Shown: positions 41,915-52,864 of the stretch, in pieces
Layout: each line of letters begins with the position of its first letter
How positions within the stretch are numbered: the stretch's first letter is position 1
Assembly (NCBI GenBank): GCA_951406725.2
Contig: OX597829.1
Location: forward strand, 18,104,001 to 18,168,000
Length of the DNA: 64,000 nt
Source: Octopus vulgaris
Lineage: Eukaryota
Reading direction: 5' to 3'
Translations under genes and position numbers: made by a program
The notes under the pieces: model-generated
Databases searched by the model: none
What the model was told of the DNA's origin: nothing
Seen by the model: only the letters and a program-made list of their open reading frames with translations

Positions 41915-42063
41915 TTATAATTAGGGTTCAGCAAAAAAATTTGCTTCACCACATACCAAAATTTAGAAGTAGCAGCCAAAGGAAATTAGCTCACTTCTTT
42001 GGCTACTATTTCTAAATTTCGGTATGTGGTGAAGCAAATTTTTTTGCTGAACCCTAATTATAA
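41915..42063. repeat. Inverted repeat, ~70-bp arms
   Basis: TTATAATTAGGGTTCAGCAAAAAAATTTGCTTCACCACATACC... and its reverse complement. Confidence 0.9.
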
Positions 42064-42151
42064 TTATACTCATAATTATAAAAAAAATATTACCGATAAT
42101 GGTTCTTTTAACATACCGAAAGTGCTTGGTGGAATTATTAATTATTTTATT

Positions 42152-42229
<78 letters not shown>

Positions 42230-42231
<2 letters not shown>

Positions 42232-42532
42232 CGTGACCGACCAGGCTATCAGCTGTTGCTACACATCGCTGGTCACAATGCGCTTCGCATTGTTTTAGCC
42301 TTCAAATGACGCCACCCCGCTGGCTAAGAGAGCAGTCCCAACAGAAGAAAAAGTGAGAGAAAGTTGGGGCGAAAGAGTACAGCAGGGATCGCCACCACTC
42401 CCTTGCCGGAGGCTCGTGGAGCTTTAGGTGCTTTCGCTCAATAAACACTCACAACGCCCGGTCTGGGAATCGAAACCGCGATCCTACGACTGCGAGTCCG
42501 CTGCCCTAACTACTGAGCCATTGCACCTCCAC
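42230..42532 (-). mobile_element. SINE with family B head and an alternative 3' body
   Basis: 5' ~190 nt match family B; the remainder is unrelated. Confidence 0.8.
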
Positions 42533-42560
42533 ACACACACACACCCACACACATATATAC

Positions 42561-42605
<45 letters not shown>

Positions 42606-43181
42606 TATGTATATACATACATATACATATATACATACATATACATTTATGTATATGTGTATATATGCACGTATACATATTTTTAAAATCTTATTTACAT
42701 GTATATATGTATGTATGAAAATATATGTATGTGCCTATTATAAAGAGACAGGCAAAATATGTAGAAAGAGGAAGTTTGTGAAAGAAAGAGAGGAAAAGAA
42801 AACAAAAGGAAAGGGAAGACGATACGAATGTGAGAAAGAAAATAGGATGATAAACAAACAAAAAATAAAAAGGAGGGAATTTAGGTAGATAGAAATTAGA
42901 AAAGAAGAAAGAAGGAAAGTAAGTTTACAGAACTTAGTACCGCACTTTGATCCTTGGAGGTATAAAACTGTAGCTCAACTTGAAATGTCGCCCCTAATCA
43001 TAGCTAATTCTCTCTGGTTAACTGAGACAGTAAAATATTGTGTCAATATTCTAAAACCTAATAAGGTTATTGGGTACATTTCTACTGCGATCGTTTAATA
43101 AAAAGTATGATGAAGCGTATTTTAAGGACTTCGTTTAATCTAGCCAAGATTTCTTTCTCTCTCTCCACACTCACACACACA

Positions 43182-43217
<36 letters not shown>

Positions 43218-43327
43218 CACATATAAGTTAGACATGGCCTGGACCAATCTTTGGTCGAAACATATCTAAGTTTATCTAAGTTTATATTTATATATATATA
43301 AGTATAAATACATACATACATATGTAA

Positions 43328-43438
<111 letters not shown>

Positions 43439-43702
43439 CGTACCTATATATATGTGTATATATATATATATATATGCATTTATGAGTACAGGACATCAAA
43501 AATACGTTGAACACAATTAGAAACGAAAACAAAAGCAAAAACAGAAACAAAAACATAGAAAACGAACTTTTTTCAAACAACGAAAAAATCAAACAAAGAA
43601 ACGAGACATACAACAAAGAATATTCCCCTTCTTCCGTTGTCCCTGTTTCAACTACTCCACGTTTCGAAGGTAAGGTAATTATATATATATATATATATAT
43701 AT

Positions 43703-44690
43703 CAGTGGTGGGCACAGCTAACAAAAAAAATTAGCGTAAGCTTACACGAACTGATAGCCGCTAACTCTTGTTATATGAATTTAGCTTCGGTTTTGTTTCT
43801 TGAGGTCTAAAACTCTTTAAAACAGGCCTAGAGGGCTGAAATCTTCATGTTGTAGATTGGTCACAGAGCTTTCCAAAAAGGTATAACATGCCAAGCTCAG
43901 ATAATGATCAAGGTGTACGCAAATAATTAAATGGACAAATGAAATCAAACATTAGTTTTTCGGTTAACATACACTTTATCTACTATACAAAAAGTATTAA
44001 ATGACTCAAAAATGTATAGTATACCTATTTCTTTATTACCCACAAGGGGCTAAACACGGAGAGGATAAACAAGGACAGACAAATGGATTTAGTCGATTAC
44101 ATCGACCCCAGTGCGTAACTGGTACTTAATTTATCGACCCCGAAAGAATGAAAGGCAAAGTCGACCTCGGCGGAATTTGAACTCAGAACGTAACGGCAGA
44201 CGAAATACGGCTACGCATTTCGCCCGGCGTGCTAACGTTTCTGCCAGCTCGCCGCCGCCCTTATGATACCTATGGTATAGTATACCATAGGTATCATGCC
44301 CAGATCAGATGATGATCAAAGTGCACTATTCTGGCTGGGTCTTCTCCATCGCCTCAACATGATGCTGGTTGCCCTTCATAAACATCAGCCTCATAAACAT
44401 CTGACAGGGTGGCTCTCTTTAGCCCAGGACCACCTTCGAGACGCCCTCTAACCAGGTCTTCACCAAGTTCTGCACCTTGGATTTCAGTGACCTGTGGTTC
44501 CTGCTCCTCCCGGAACCGAGTAATGTTACTGAAGAAATCATTTTCCTCATCCTCATTGCTGCTGGTACTGTCTCTACAATTCGTTACTCTGCTAACCTGG
44601 CTGTTATTATACTACTCCAGCCAGAACAGGTAAAACTTGGAATGAAAGGCAGCGGCCAGCTGGCACTCCAGGTCTTCTAGGAGGAGCCCA
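43703..44690 (-). mobile_element. Possible hAT transposon relic
   Basis: Terminus CAGTGGTGGGCACAGCTAAC; minus-strand peptide LAAAFHSKFYLFWL...ENDFFS resembles a hAT C-terminal region. Confidence 0.4.
44026..44258 (-). mobile_element. SINE family C, full length
   Basis: Head GGCGGCGAGCTGGCAGAAACGTTAG...GAGTTCAAATTCC (A/B boxes); TSD GTATAGTATACC at 44014-44025 and 44275-44286. Confidence 0.9.
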
Positions 44691-44879
44691 TGTGACATGT
44701 GACAAACATATTCCAACTACCATAAATTATGCTCATACCTAAACACCGCTTTGCGCCAATGCTTCGTTGTTTATCTCGATCGGGCGATCGACTAGCACAA
44801 ATCAGTCAACGTGTTGGCTGAATTATAATTAAAGTTACAAGCTTTATTTAGTTCACTCAGAGTTGCATCTCTTAGGGAC

Positions 44880-44926
44880 ATCTCATTGACAAGAGTCAAA
44901 ACACTCGAAACATCGGTGTCTGAGAT
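44880..44926 (+). ncRNA. Type I hammerhead ribozyme, U3:A8 variant
   Basis: ATCTCA-TTGACAA-GAGT(CAAAAC)ACTC-GAAA-CA(TCGG)TG-TC-TGAGAT; GUC triplet, predicted cut after 44920. Confidence 0.85.
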
Positions 44927-45224
44927 TCATAACAGATGGCGACACTGAACGAACTGGTGTTTTCACACCTTTTTACCATAAGAGAGATTTTTTTCTCCAC
45001 GTTAACTGCAGTGTTTTTGCCTTTAGTAGTTGAAATATGTGACAAACATATTCCAACTAGCCTAAATTATGCTCATACCTAAACACCGCTTTACGCCAAT
45101 GCTTCGTTGTTTATTTCGATCGGGCGATCTACTAACACAAATCAGTCAACGTGTTGACTGAATTATATATAAAGTTACAAGCTTTATTTAGTTCAGTCAG
45201 AGTTGCCTCTCTTAGGGACATCTC

Positions 45225-46299
45225 TGAGTCATTTGTGCTGCTGTTTTACTGAGTGAGTTTTTACCTGTTTTTGCTGTTGTTAATTCTTATTAATGTTTGT
45301 TATTAGATCTGTTGAAATTTGAACTTCAGAAGTCGCGCGTGGAGTTGTTTTTTTCGCCCTGCGGGGCGAAAAAAATTGTTATTTCTACTATTGTAGATTA
45401 TTTTGTGTTATTTGCTGAACTGTTTTCCCGTTGAGGAAGAATTAATCTTTCTTCACAAGACGTCTTTTCTGTGTGAGTTTAACCATGGAAGACGAGATGC
45501 ATCTCGAATTGAATTCCTTATAACTAACGTCGACTTCCCGCGACGACTGGAAGAAATCCCGTTTGAACAAGTCCAGCAGGTAAACCTACAAGGTGACAAG
45601 GAATTGAAAAAGGGCATGTGTCTTTCTGCCGCCGCAGGCGGACAATTTCAAGAAATACAAGTCTCAAAAGAGCAACTCTTCAAACACAAGAACCTAATTA
45701 AAAGAAATGGAAATGAAACTAGATTTATACCACCTAAGGAAATTTTGCAAAACTTAGCAGTAAAAACTGTGACTTATAAAATTTACAACAAAAAGGAGAA
45801 AAAAATTATGACTATGAAAAATGAAGCACTCGAGAAGGGTCTTGCACCAATATGGGATAAAATAAAATACGTACGGAGGGGGCCTGAAAACGCTACTGTA
45901 GAGGCCCAGTTCGAAAGCAAAGATATCGCTAAAGAAATATCAACGCTAAGTCTGAAAACAGAGGAAATTTTAGTACTATCCACGTACCTCGGCTGGAGGA
46001 CGGCTAAAATCATAATAGAAGAAATTCCGGCCGGGTTCGACGTGTACTGGCTAGCAGCGGCTTTAATATATGCTACCATGAGGGGGAAAAAGGATGTAGC
46101 CGTTGGACAGTAGACCAACAAGGAAAAAATGCAAGGAAATCTACATTTTTAAATCATATAAATCATTTATTTTTAACTTAATATATTTTTGTTTAAAAAG
46201 AGCAAACTGAAAAAAACTCGCTGAGTATTTCTTTATTAATGTTTTGTATTGTCCTGTACTGTCCTTCTATATTAGGTCTTATGATCATAAAAATAAATG
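45225..46299 (+). mobile_element. ORF1-only Tx1/L1-like non-autonomous retroposon
   Basis: 17-bp TSD TCTCTTAGG(G/T)ACATCTC (45208-45224, 46300-46316); 5' UTR, ORF1-like CDS, and a 3' end with AATAAA resembling the Tx1/SINE C tail. Confidence 0.75.
45485..46113 (+). CDS. Putative Tx1-type ORF1 (RRM-like), probably frameshifted near the start and C-terminally truncated
   Basis: Non-repetitive ~200-aa frame with YLGWRTAKIIIEEIPAGFDVYWLAAAL, resembling Tx1 ORF1; the ATG at 45485 is in a different frame. Confidence 0.55.
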
Positions 46300-46311
46300 T
46301 CTCTTAGGTAC

Positions 46312-46358
46312 ATCTCATTGACAAGAGTCAAAACACTCGAAACATCGATGTCTGAGAT
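46312..46358 (+). ncRNA. Type I hammerhead ribozyme, U3:A8 variant, second copy
   Basis: Same as 44880 but stem III is the perfect palindrome ACATCGATGT; predicted cut after 46352. Confidence 0.85.
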
Positions 46359-46539
46359 TCCAAACAGATGGTGACACTGAACGAACTGGATGTTTTCACA
46401 CCTTTTTACTATAAAAGAGATTTTTTCTCCAGGCTAACTGCAGTGTTTTTGCTTTTAACAGTTGAAATATGTGACAAACATATTCCAACTAGCCTAAATT
46501 GAGCTCATATACACACGCGCACGCACGCACACACACACT

Positions 46540-46589
<50 letters not shown>

Positions 46590-46737
46590 AGTAAATGAAA
46601 GGACAGGTAAGTTAGACAAGTCGATATACAAAAAATATCAAAAAAACATTTAATACAGAAAAATGTACATGTGTATAGTTTAAACTCCATTCTGTCAGCA
46701 CCACAAATGTAAATCCTTTCCTGGAGACCGAGGCTAC

Positions 46738-46810
46738 TGTTATCCGATGATGGAATCAAGGTACTATCATTATTTTGGATCACCAAGTCCCCAGAAACAG
46801 CTGTTAGATT
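46738..46810 (+). ncRNA. Degenerate hammerhead-like motif
   Basis: CCGATGA-TGG...CCA-GAAA-CAGCTG-TT; palindromic AACAGCTGTT; stem I is poor. Confidence 0.4.
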
Positions 46811-47137
46811 CGTAAAACTCTTACACAACCCCCTTAATTCCTGATATCATTTCCATTCTGTGCAAGTCGGACTTCTTTTATATGTATACATATGTACGTT
46901 CTTTGTATTGAATGTATTCGATATATTTTGTATATTGACTTGGCTAACTTGCTTTGCCTTACATTTACTCCTCTGCCTACTCAAGTTTAAATCTCTTGAG
47001 CACTATGAAGTGTATTCTATACAGAGAATACCAGTCTCGAATTTATAAACTATTTATATATAAATATACAGATTTGTATATAATTATGTTTAGACATACA
47101 CTCACACACATATGTATATATACGCACATATATACAG

Positions 47138-47273
47138 ACTTCTGTATCCCTTTCTGTAGAAGAGCGTAGGCTCGAAACGTAAAAGACTTTTTCTATTCCT
47201 GAGCGTTATACTAATACATCTGTTTATTTTGTACACCACCTGTCTTCGTCTTTTGTTTTTTTCCGTAAACTCT

Positions 47274-47276
<3 letters not shown>
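47138..47276 (+). mobile_element. PLE pLTR 3' end fragment with HHR (47150-47185)
   Basis: CTTT-CTGTAGA-A-GAGCGTAGGCTC-GAAA-CG-TA-AAAG; ends CTCCC followed by TATATA. Confidence 0.8.
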
Positions 47277-47356
<80 letters not shown>

Positions 47357-47359
47357 CAT

Positions 47360-47402
<43 letters not shown>

Positions 47403-47412
47403 ACACACACAG

Positions 47413-47491
<79 letters not shown>

Positions 47492-47574
47492 CAGACATAC
47501 ATATATATATACACAGACATACATATATACATCTATATATATACAGACATACATATATATTTAATGTTTTGTCC

Positions 47575-48567
47575 TTCGAGGCTGAAAGCAAAATCCATGG
47601 CGCGCCAGGTACTCATTGGAGAAATGCTCTTCGCAGGCGACGCAGCACTGACAGCGCACTCTGAAGAGCAAATGCAGCACCTCGTGGACAAACTATCAAA
47701 GGTCCGTCAGGAATTCAGCCTGATAATCAGTCTGAAGAAAACCAAAGCACTGGGACAAAGTGCCTAGCACTTCCCCACCATCGCCATCAATAGGTGAGTG
47801 TCCATCAATTCTCCTATCACTGATGATCTCTCCCTGAGATCAACAGGTGAATCAGACATGCATTCTCCACATTTGCCAAGCTCACAAAGAGAGTCTGGGG
47901 AAAAAAACTTGCTGCAAACACCAAGATTGCTGTTTATAAGGCGTGCGTCCTTAGTACGCTGCTTTACGGCAGTGAGATGTGAAGTCTCTACTCCAGGCAG
48001 AAGCTGTGTCTCAATATCTTTCACCTTCGTAATCTGAGAGGTATATTGAATATCAAGTGGACCGACCACATCACCAACACAGAAGTCTTCAACTGAGCCA
48101 AGATACCCAGCATACTCACCCTGTGCCAGCAGCGTCGCTTGTGCTGGCTCGGTCATGTACATCGCATGCCGGACAGAAGGATTCCAAAAGAGCTCTTGTA
48201 TGGGGAATTGGCCACTGGCACAAGAGCAAGAGGACGGCCTGAACTTCATTTCAAAGGTGTCTGTATGAGGGATATGAAGTCGCTTGTTATGGAGGTCCTG
48301 AAATGGGAGGAGGTTGCAAATGTGCGCGTCCACACTGGAGAGAAATACTGCGAAAGGTAAGAAGAGAGAAGAAGAAAAGCAGAAACTTGTCACCAAAGAA
48401 GAGCGGACTCGATGGAAGGAAAAACCAGTAGCACCGGCAGAAAGCTCCTTCAAATGCAGTCGCTGTATGCGTGACTGCTACTCCCATGTGGGCCTATAGA
48501 GTCACAACAGACGCTGCCTCACAATCAGCAGGTGACACGATTTCTTTGGGTGCAGATCCATGGATGC

Positions 48568-48572
<5 letters not shown>
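47575..48572 (+). mobile_element. 5'-truncated RTE-clade LINE
   Basis: Peptides [41 protein letters not shown] and a C-terminal C2H2 finger (FKCSRC..SHNRRC); frameshifted. Confidence 0.9.
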
Positions 48573-48612
<40 letters not shown>

Positions 48613-48709
48613 ATATATATATAATAATTATTTGAGGGAATATTATTCCTAACTTACAGGGAAAAATTAAATTTAGAAATACTAAATCAAATTTCACAAA
48701 ATATAATAT

Positions 48710-49075
48710 ATATATATATAAATTAGAAAAAAACACCTTTTATCAATTCAAAATAAAAAATTAAATTACACCATATAGAAAATTACATATAATAGAAATA
48801 TTAAAATTAAAATAACAATAATATACCGATGATTAAGTAAATTGCAAAATAATAATATAAATGTATATATTTGGTATATATATATATATACGTTTATATA
48901 TATATATATATATATACACCAAATATATACGTTTTTATTATTATTTTGCAATTTACTTAATCATCGGTATATTATTGTTATTTTAATTTTTCTATTATAT
49001 GTAATTTTGTAGATGGTGTAATTTAATTGTTTATTTTGAATTGATAAAAGGTGCTTTTTTCTAATTTATATATAT
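48710..49075. repeat. AT-rich inverted repeat (~170-bp arms) centred on (TA)n
   Basis: AAATTAGAAAAAAACACCTTTTATCAATTC...TATTTGGT is mirrored by ACCAAATA...GAATTGATAAAAGGTG..TCTAATTT. Confidence 0.85.
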
Positions 49076-49157
49076 GCTATTAAGTTAGACATGGCCTGGA
49101 CCAATCTTTGGTCGAAACATATCTAAGTTTATCTAAGTCTAAGTTTATATTATTATG

Positions 49158-49277
49158 GCTTACGGCCATATCACGTTGAAAACACTGGTTCTCGTCCGAT
49201 CAGCGAAGTTAAGCAACATCGAGCCTAGTTAGTACTTAGATGGGTGACCGCTTGGGAAACCTAGGTGTAGTAAGCAT
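49158..49277 (+). rRNA. 5S rRNA, dispersed copy (probable pseudogene)
   Basis: GCTTACGGCCATATCACG...GTTCTCGTCCGATC..GAAGTTAAGC...AGTACTTAGATGGGTGACCGCTTGGGAA...GTAAGC; ~120 nt; no oligo-T terminator. Confidence 0.9.
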
Positions 49278-49332
49278 TCCATTAAATAGGCGCAGGAGTG
49301 GCTGTGTGGTAAGTAGCTTGCTAACCAACCAC

Positions 49333-50300
49333 TTTTTCTGACAATGCGTTCCATTGTCTTGCTAACATATGAAGTCATAGAGATGGGCCTGTAGATTTAG
49401 CATCTGCTCCCTCCTTTATGGACCGGGCATATTATACCCTCTTTTAGCGTGTTGGAAAGTTTACCTCATGCAAGGAAACTCTGAAAGAGTATCTGCAGTA
49501 GCTTTACAAGAGCTGGGTGCAGCTGGGCTTGTTGCTGGGTTTGATCTCATCTCGTCAATGGCCGATATTACACCCTCTTCTGTTATGTTGATGTAATCGA
49601 TGGTTGTCTCTTTTCCGAATAGATTCGTTACATTGAAAAACTCCTTCGGCTTGTTTACTTGCATATTTTCCAGTGGTGAAGTGAAACCACTTCGAAATTG
49701 TTTATTTAGTGTTTCACTTATCTTCCCTAGGTCTGCACTTAGAACCTTTTATTGTGTACTGAGGCAGATTCCTTTGCGAACGTGTAGAAGGCTTTAAGAT
49801 TTCCTTTTGTATTTTCGACTGCCCAGGTTTCTCTTTCTTCTCTTGATTTTTCATGGGAGGATTTGAGTTTATTTTCTATCTCGAAGAGTTCCTCTGTCAG
49901 GTGGGATTTCACACTGTCATTAAGGTATTTGTTTAAATGATTCGAGATCTTTATTCCCCGCCGCATGTGTGTTCTCCTGTCTCAGGGAATGGTGTTTGTG
50001 TGAGTATTGGCTCATTTCTCTGAGCTCGCATTATTGACATGAATTTATTGGGTTTCATATCTATAGAGAGGCTGCTGGAGTATCTGTTTTTCAAGTGACT
50101 TTCAGTCAGCCTTATAGAAACTTAGGCTGGATAGGATTTGAGTTTATCTTTAGTTAATTCCGGGCCATATACTGTCAGTTCTATCATGTTATAGTCTGAT
50201 AATAATGTCGGTGATATATTTACATTGTGGATAATTTTCACATTGTTTGTAAAACAGAGATCCAGGATATTTTGTGCCTGGTTAGAGAGAGCATGATCTG
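49333..50300 (-). mobile_element. APE-type LINE ORF2 fragment (endonuclease end to RT start)
   Basis: Peptides QNILDLCFTNN..LSDYNMI, NLKAFYTFAK and INITEEGVISAIDEM; flanked by SINE A halves (49289-49332 and 50340-50575). Confidence 0.75.
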
Positions 50301-50339
50301 CTCCATGAATAGCATTTTCGTAAGATCAAGTAGAGATAT

Positions 50340-50350
50340 GTATATATATG

Positions 50351-50381
<31 letters not shown>

Positions 50382-50575
50382 CTGACCCCCGCCCCCCAAC
50401 ATAGCTTGACAACCGATGCTGGTGTGTTAACGTCCCCGTAACGTAGCGGTTCGGGAAAAGACACCGATAGAATAAGTACTAGGCTTACAAAGAATAAGTC
50501 CTGGGGTCGATTTCCTCAACTAAAGGTGGTGCTCCAGCACGGCCGCAGTCAAATGACTGAAACAAGTAAAAGAGT
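50340..50575 (+). mobile_element. SINE family A 3' half
   Basis: Family A 3' body and tail. Confidence 0.85.
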
Positions 50576-51239
50576 GAAAGAGAGAGAGAAATAATATATA
50601 TAAAATAAAGATGTGAACTTTTTAAATTTAAGAAAAAAAAGGGAAAAAAACTGTCCAAAATAATATCCAAATGTAACCACTCGCCTTCGGGGTTCGAATG
50701 GGCGTTGCGCCTCATTTTATCACTTTCATAATTTCATTCATTGCTTTTTATTTTTTATTTTTTGCTCGATTTCTTTTTGTATTTATATTTCCACGATTTT
50801 ATGCTTTGCATTGTCTTTTGTAACGTATATCCTCTATTTTTGGCACCTTGTGGGTAATAAAAAAATTGAGGGCGTTGGTGTTACCTTGGCGGAGATTTGC
50901 GTTCTTTGAGTGCTCTTGTTATTAATGTTGTTGCTCGTGTTGTTACTGTTGTTTAGTTCTATGTTTGCTCTTATCAATCAAAGGCGTTCTAGTTGTGACC
51001 ATCCCGTCTTTTTGTACATCAGAGACTTCATTGTCTATAAAAGCCTTGCTTTTTATTTATTTATTTTTTTTTCGAAATAGCAGGATGTTATGTGAGGGAA
51101 ATTTGGTTATTATTTTTAGCAAACCAAGAGCGTAGAAACTCCCTCATTCAGAGATGCTCATTCCCCCAAGTCTGCTGTTATTGAGCAAAGAAGTCAAAAG
51201 CACTCCATTCATGACCAACTCATCTTTTTGTTATATTGG

Positions 51240-51410
51240 TTTCAAATTTTAACATAAGGTCAGCAGTTTCGGAAGGAGGGAGTAAGTCAATTACATTGAC
51301 CCCTGTGCATAACTGGTACTCATTTTATAAACTCCAAAAGGATGAAAAGCAAAGTCGACCTCGGCGGTATTTGAACTCAGAACGTAAAGACAAACGAAAT
51401 GCCGCTAAGC
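51240..51410 (-). mobile_element. SINE family C-related, degenerate
   Basis: Central domain AAAGTCGACCTCGGCGG..TTTGAACTCAGAACG. Confidence 0.7.
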
Positions 51411-52048
51411 CGTCTTGCCTTTTTGTTATATTAGAAACTACATTTAAGACGTTTGAGGAAATTATATGAATGCTATTTCTAGAATTTCAAACAACCACGT
51501 TGAGAGTCTAAGGCTGGCTTCTTTAGTTTTGTTATTTATTTCATCATGTATGTTTATATAAAGTATATTTATTGGTTTATTCATATAAAATATACTTGAT
51601 AATGTTATTCGGTGTGTGTGTCTTGGGCGTTACTGAATATACAAGTTTTATTGTTATAAATGAGAAAAAGAAAAGTAATTCAAAAATACCATAAAACAGA
51701 ACAAGTCACGCATTAATATCCGTCGACATTTTCTAACCTATTGTTTCTCTAGAAAATAATAAACAAGAAACTGTCCTTATTCAAGAATTTAATAATGTCT
51801 CTGACCTGATAACTCTACGTTCTGAGTTCAAATTTCCATGAGATCAAGTTTGTGTTTTATTTTTTCCGTGGGGTGGAGTTGATAAAACTAAGTAACAGTC
51901 TATCTATATTGCTGTAATAAATCCTGGATATGAACGTAAATAAATTAGAAGACGAACATCACTTTGTTTCACCCAAATAAGTCAAGTACTGGGTTGATTT
52001 CTATTCCTAAAACACAACCTGAATATAGATAGAATTATAATAGAAAAC

Positions 52049-52489
52049 GGATCTTTTCAGTTTGAACGGCAGTTTTTACATAATTTCTAGGTAACTAAAA
52101 AATTTTAAACTTCGTATACTCGTAGAATGTGTTTATAAAACATCTTTTTCTCATGGCTTTATTGAGAAAATTCTATAGTTTGTAAGATATTTGTTGTTGT
52201 TTTCTTCAATTTCTGCAATTTCAACCAATCAGTGACGTCTATTGAGTTAAAAAGCATTCTGTGCCGTATGAATATGTCCCTCGTTTAAGAAACAGGTTGG
52301 GTTTATTTACATTTGTGAAGAAAAAAAAGATACCCTTCCCCCACCCCTAACCCTAACCCTAACTAGCCCTAACTAACCCTAACCCTAAAAGATATTGAAA
52401 TGCAATAGATCGATTCTAGGGTCATAATTATGGGTGACAATTTCATATGACACCGATAGAAAAAACTGCCGTTCAAACCGAAAAGAACC
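52049..52489 (+). mobile_element. Merlin-like MITE, copy 3
   Basis: TIRs; TSD TAGAAAAC/TACAAAAC; internal (CCCTAA)n. Confidence 0.85.
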
Positions 52490-52864
52490 TACAAAACTTC
52501 TGTTTTTCTTTGGACCATCAAGTTTTAATAGATTCGTAGGGCCGCCATCTTTGACATATGGTGTGCTTTGGGCTTCTTAAACTTGGCTGAGCCCATCTCT
52601 CATAACGTATGAAAACAGCAAGTTTCCCTGAGAAAGAGAGAGATTAAGAAAGAAGAATCGACCCCAATATAAACTGATACATTATTTGTCGATTTCGTGA
52701 GATAGTTGAACTCACAACATAGACTGTCGAAAAGAATACTAATAGTATTCAATCAAACGTCCAAATGATGCTACCAATTTGCGTTGCTTTATAGGGGGGC
52801 AAGAAGATGCTGATATTCTTTAAAATTTTAAACAGAGCTGCTCCTATGGTCATTTGCTCATTTT

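Larger units (their letters stand above)
44697..46509 (+). repeat. 340-bp tandem repeat with type I hammerhead (candidate non-LTR retrozyme), ~2.1 units
   Basis: Units start ATGTGACAAACATATTCCAACTA at 44697, 45037 and 46469; the second unit is split by an insertion. Confidence 0.85.
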
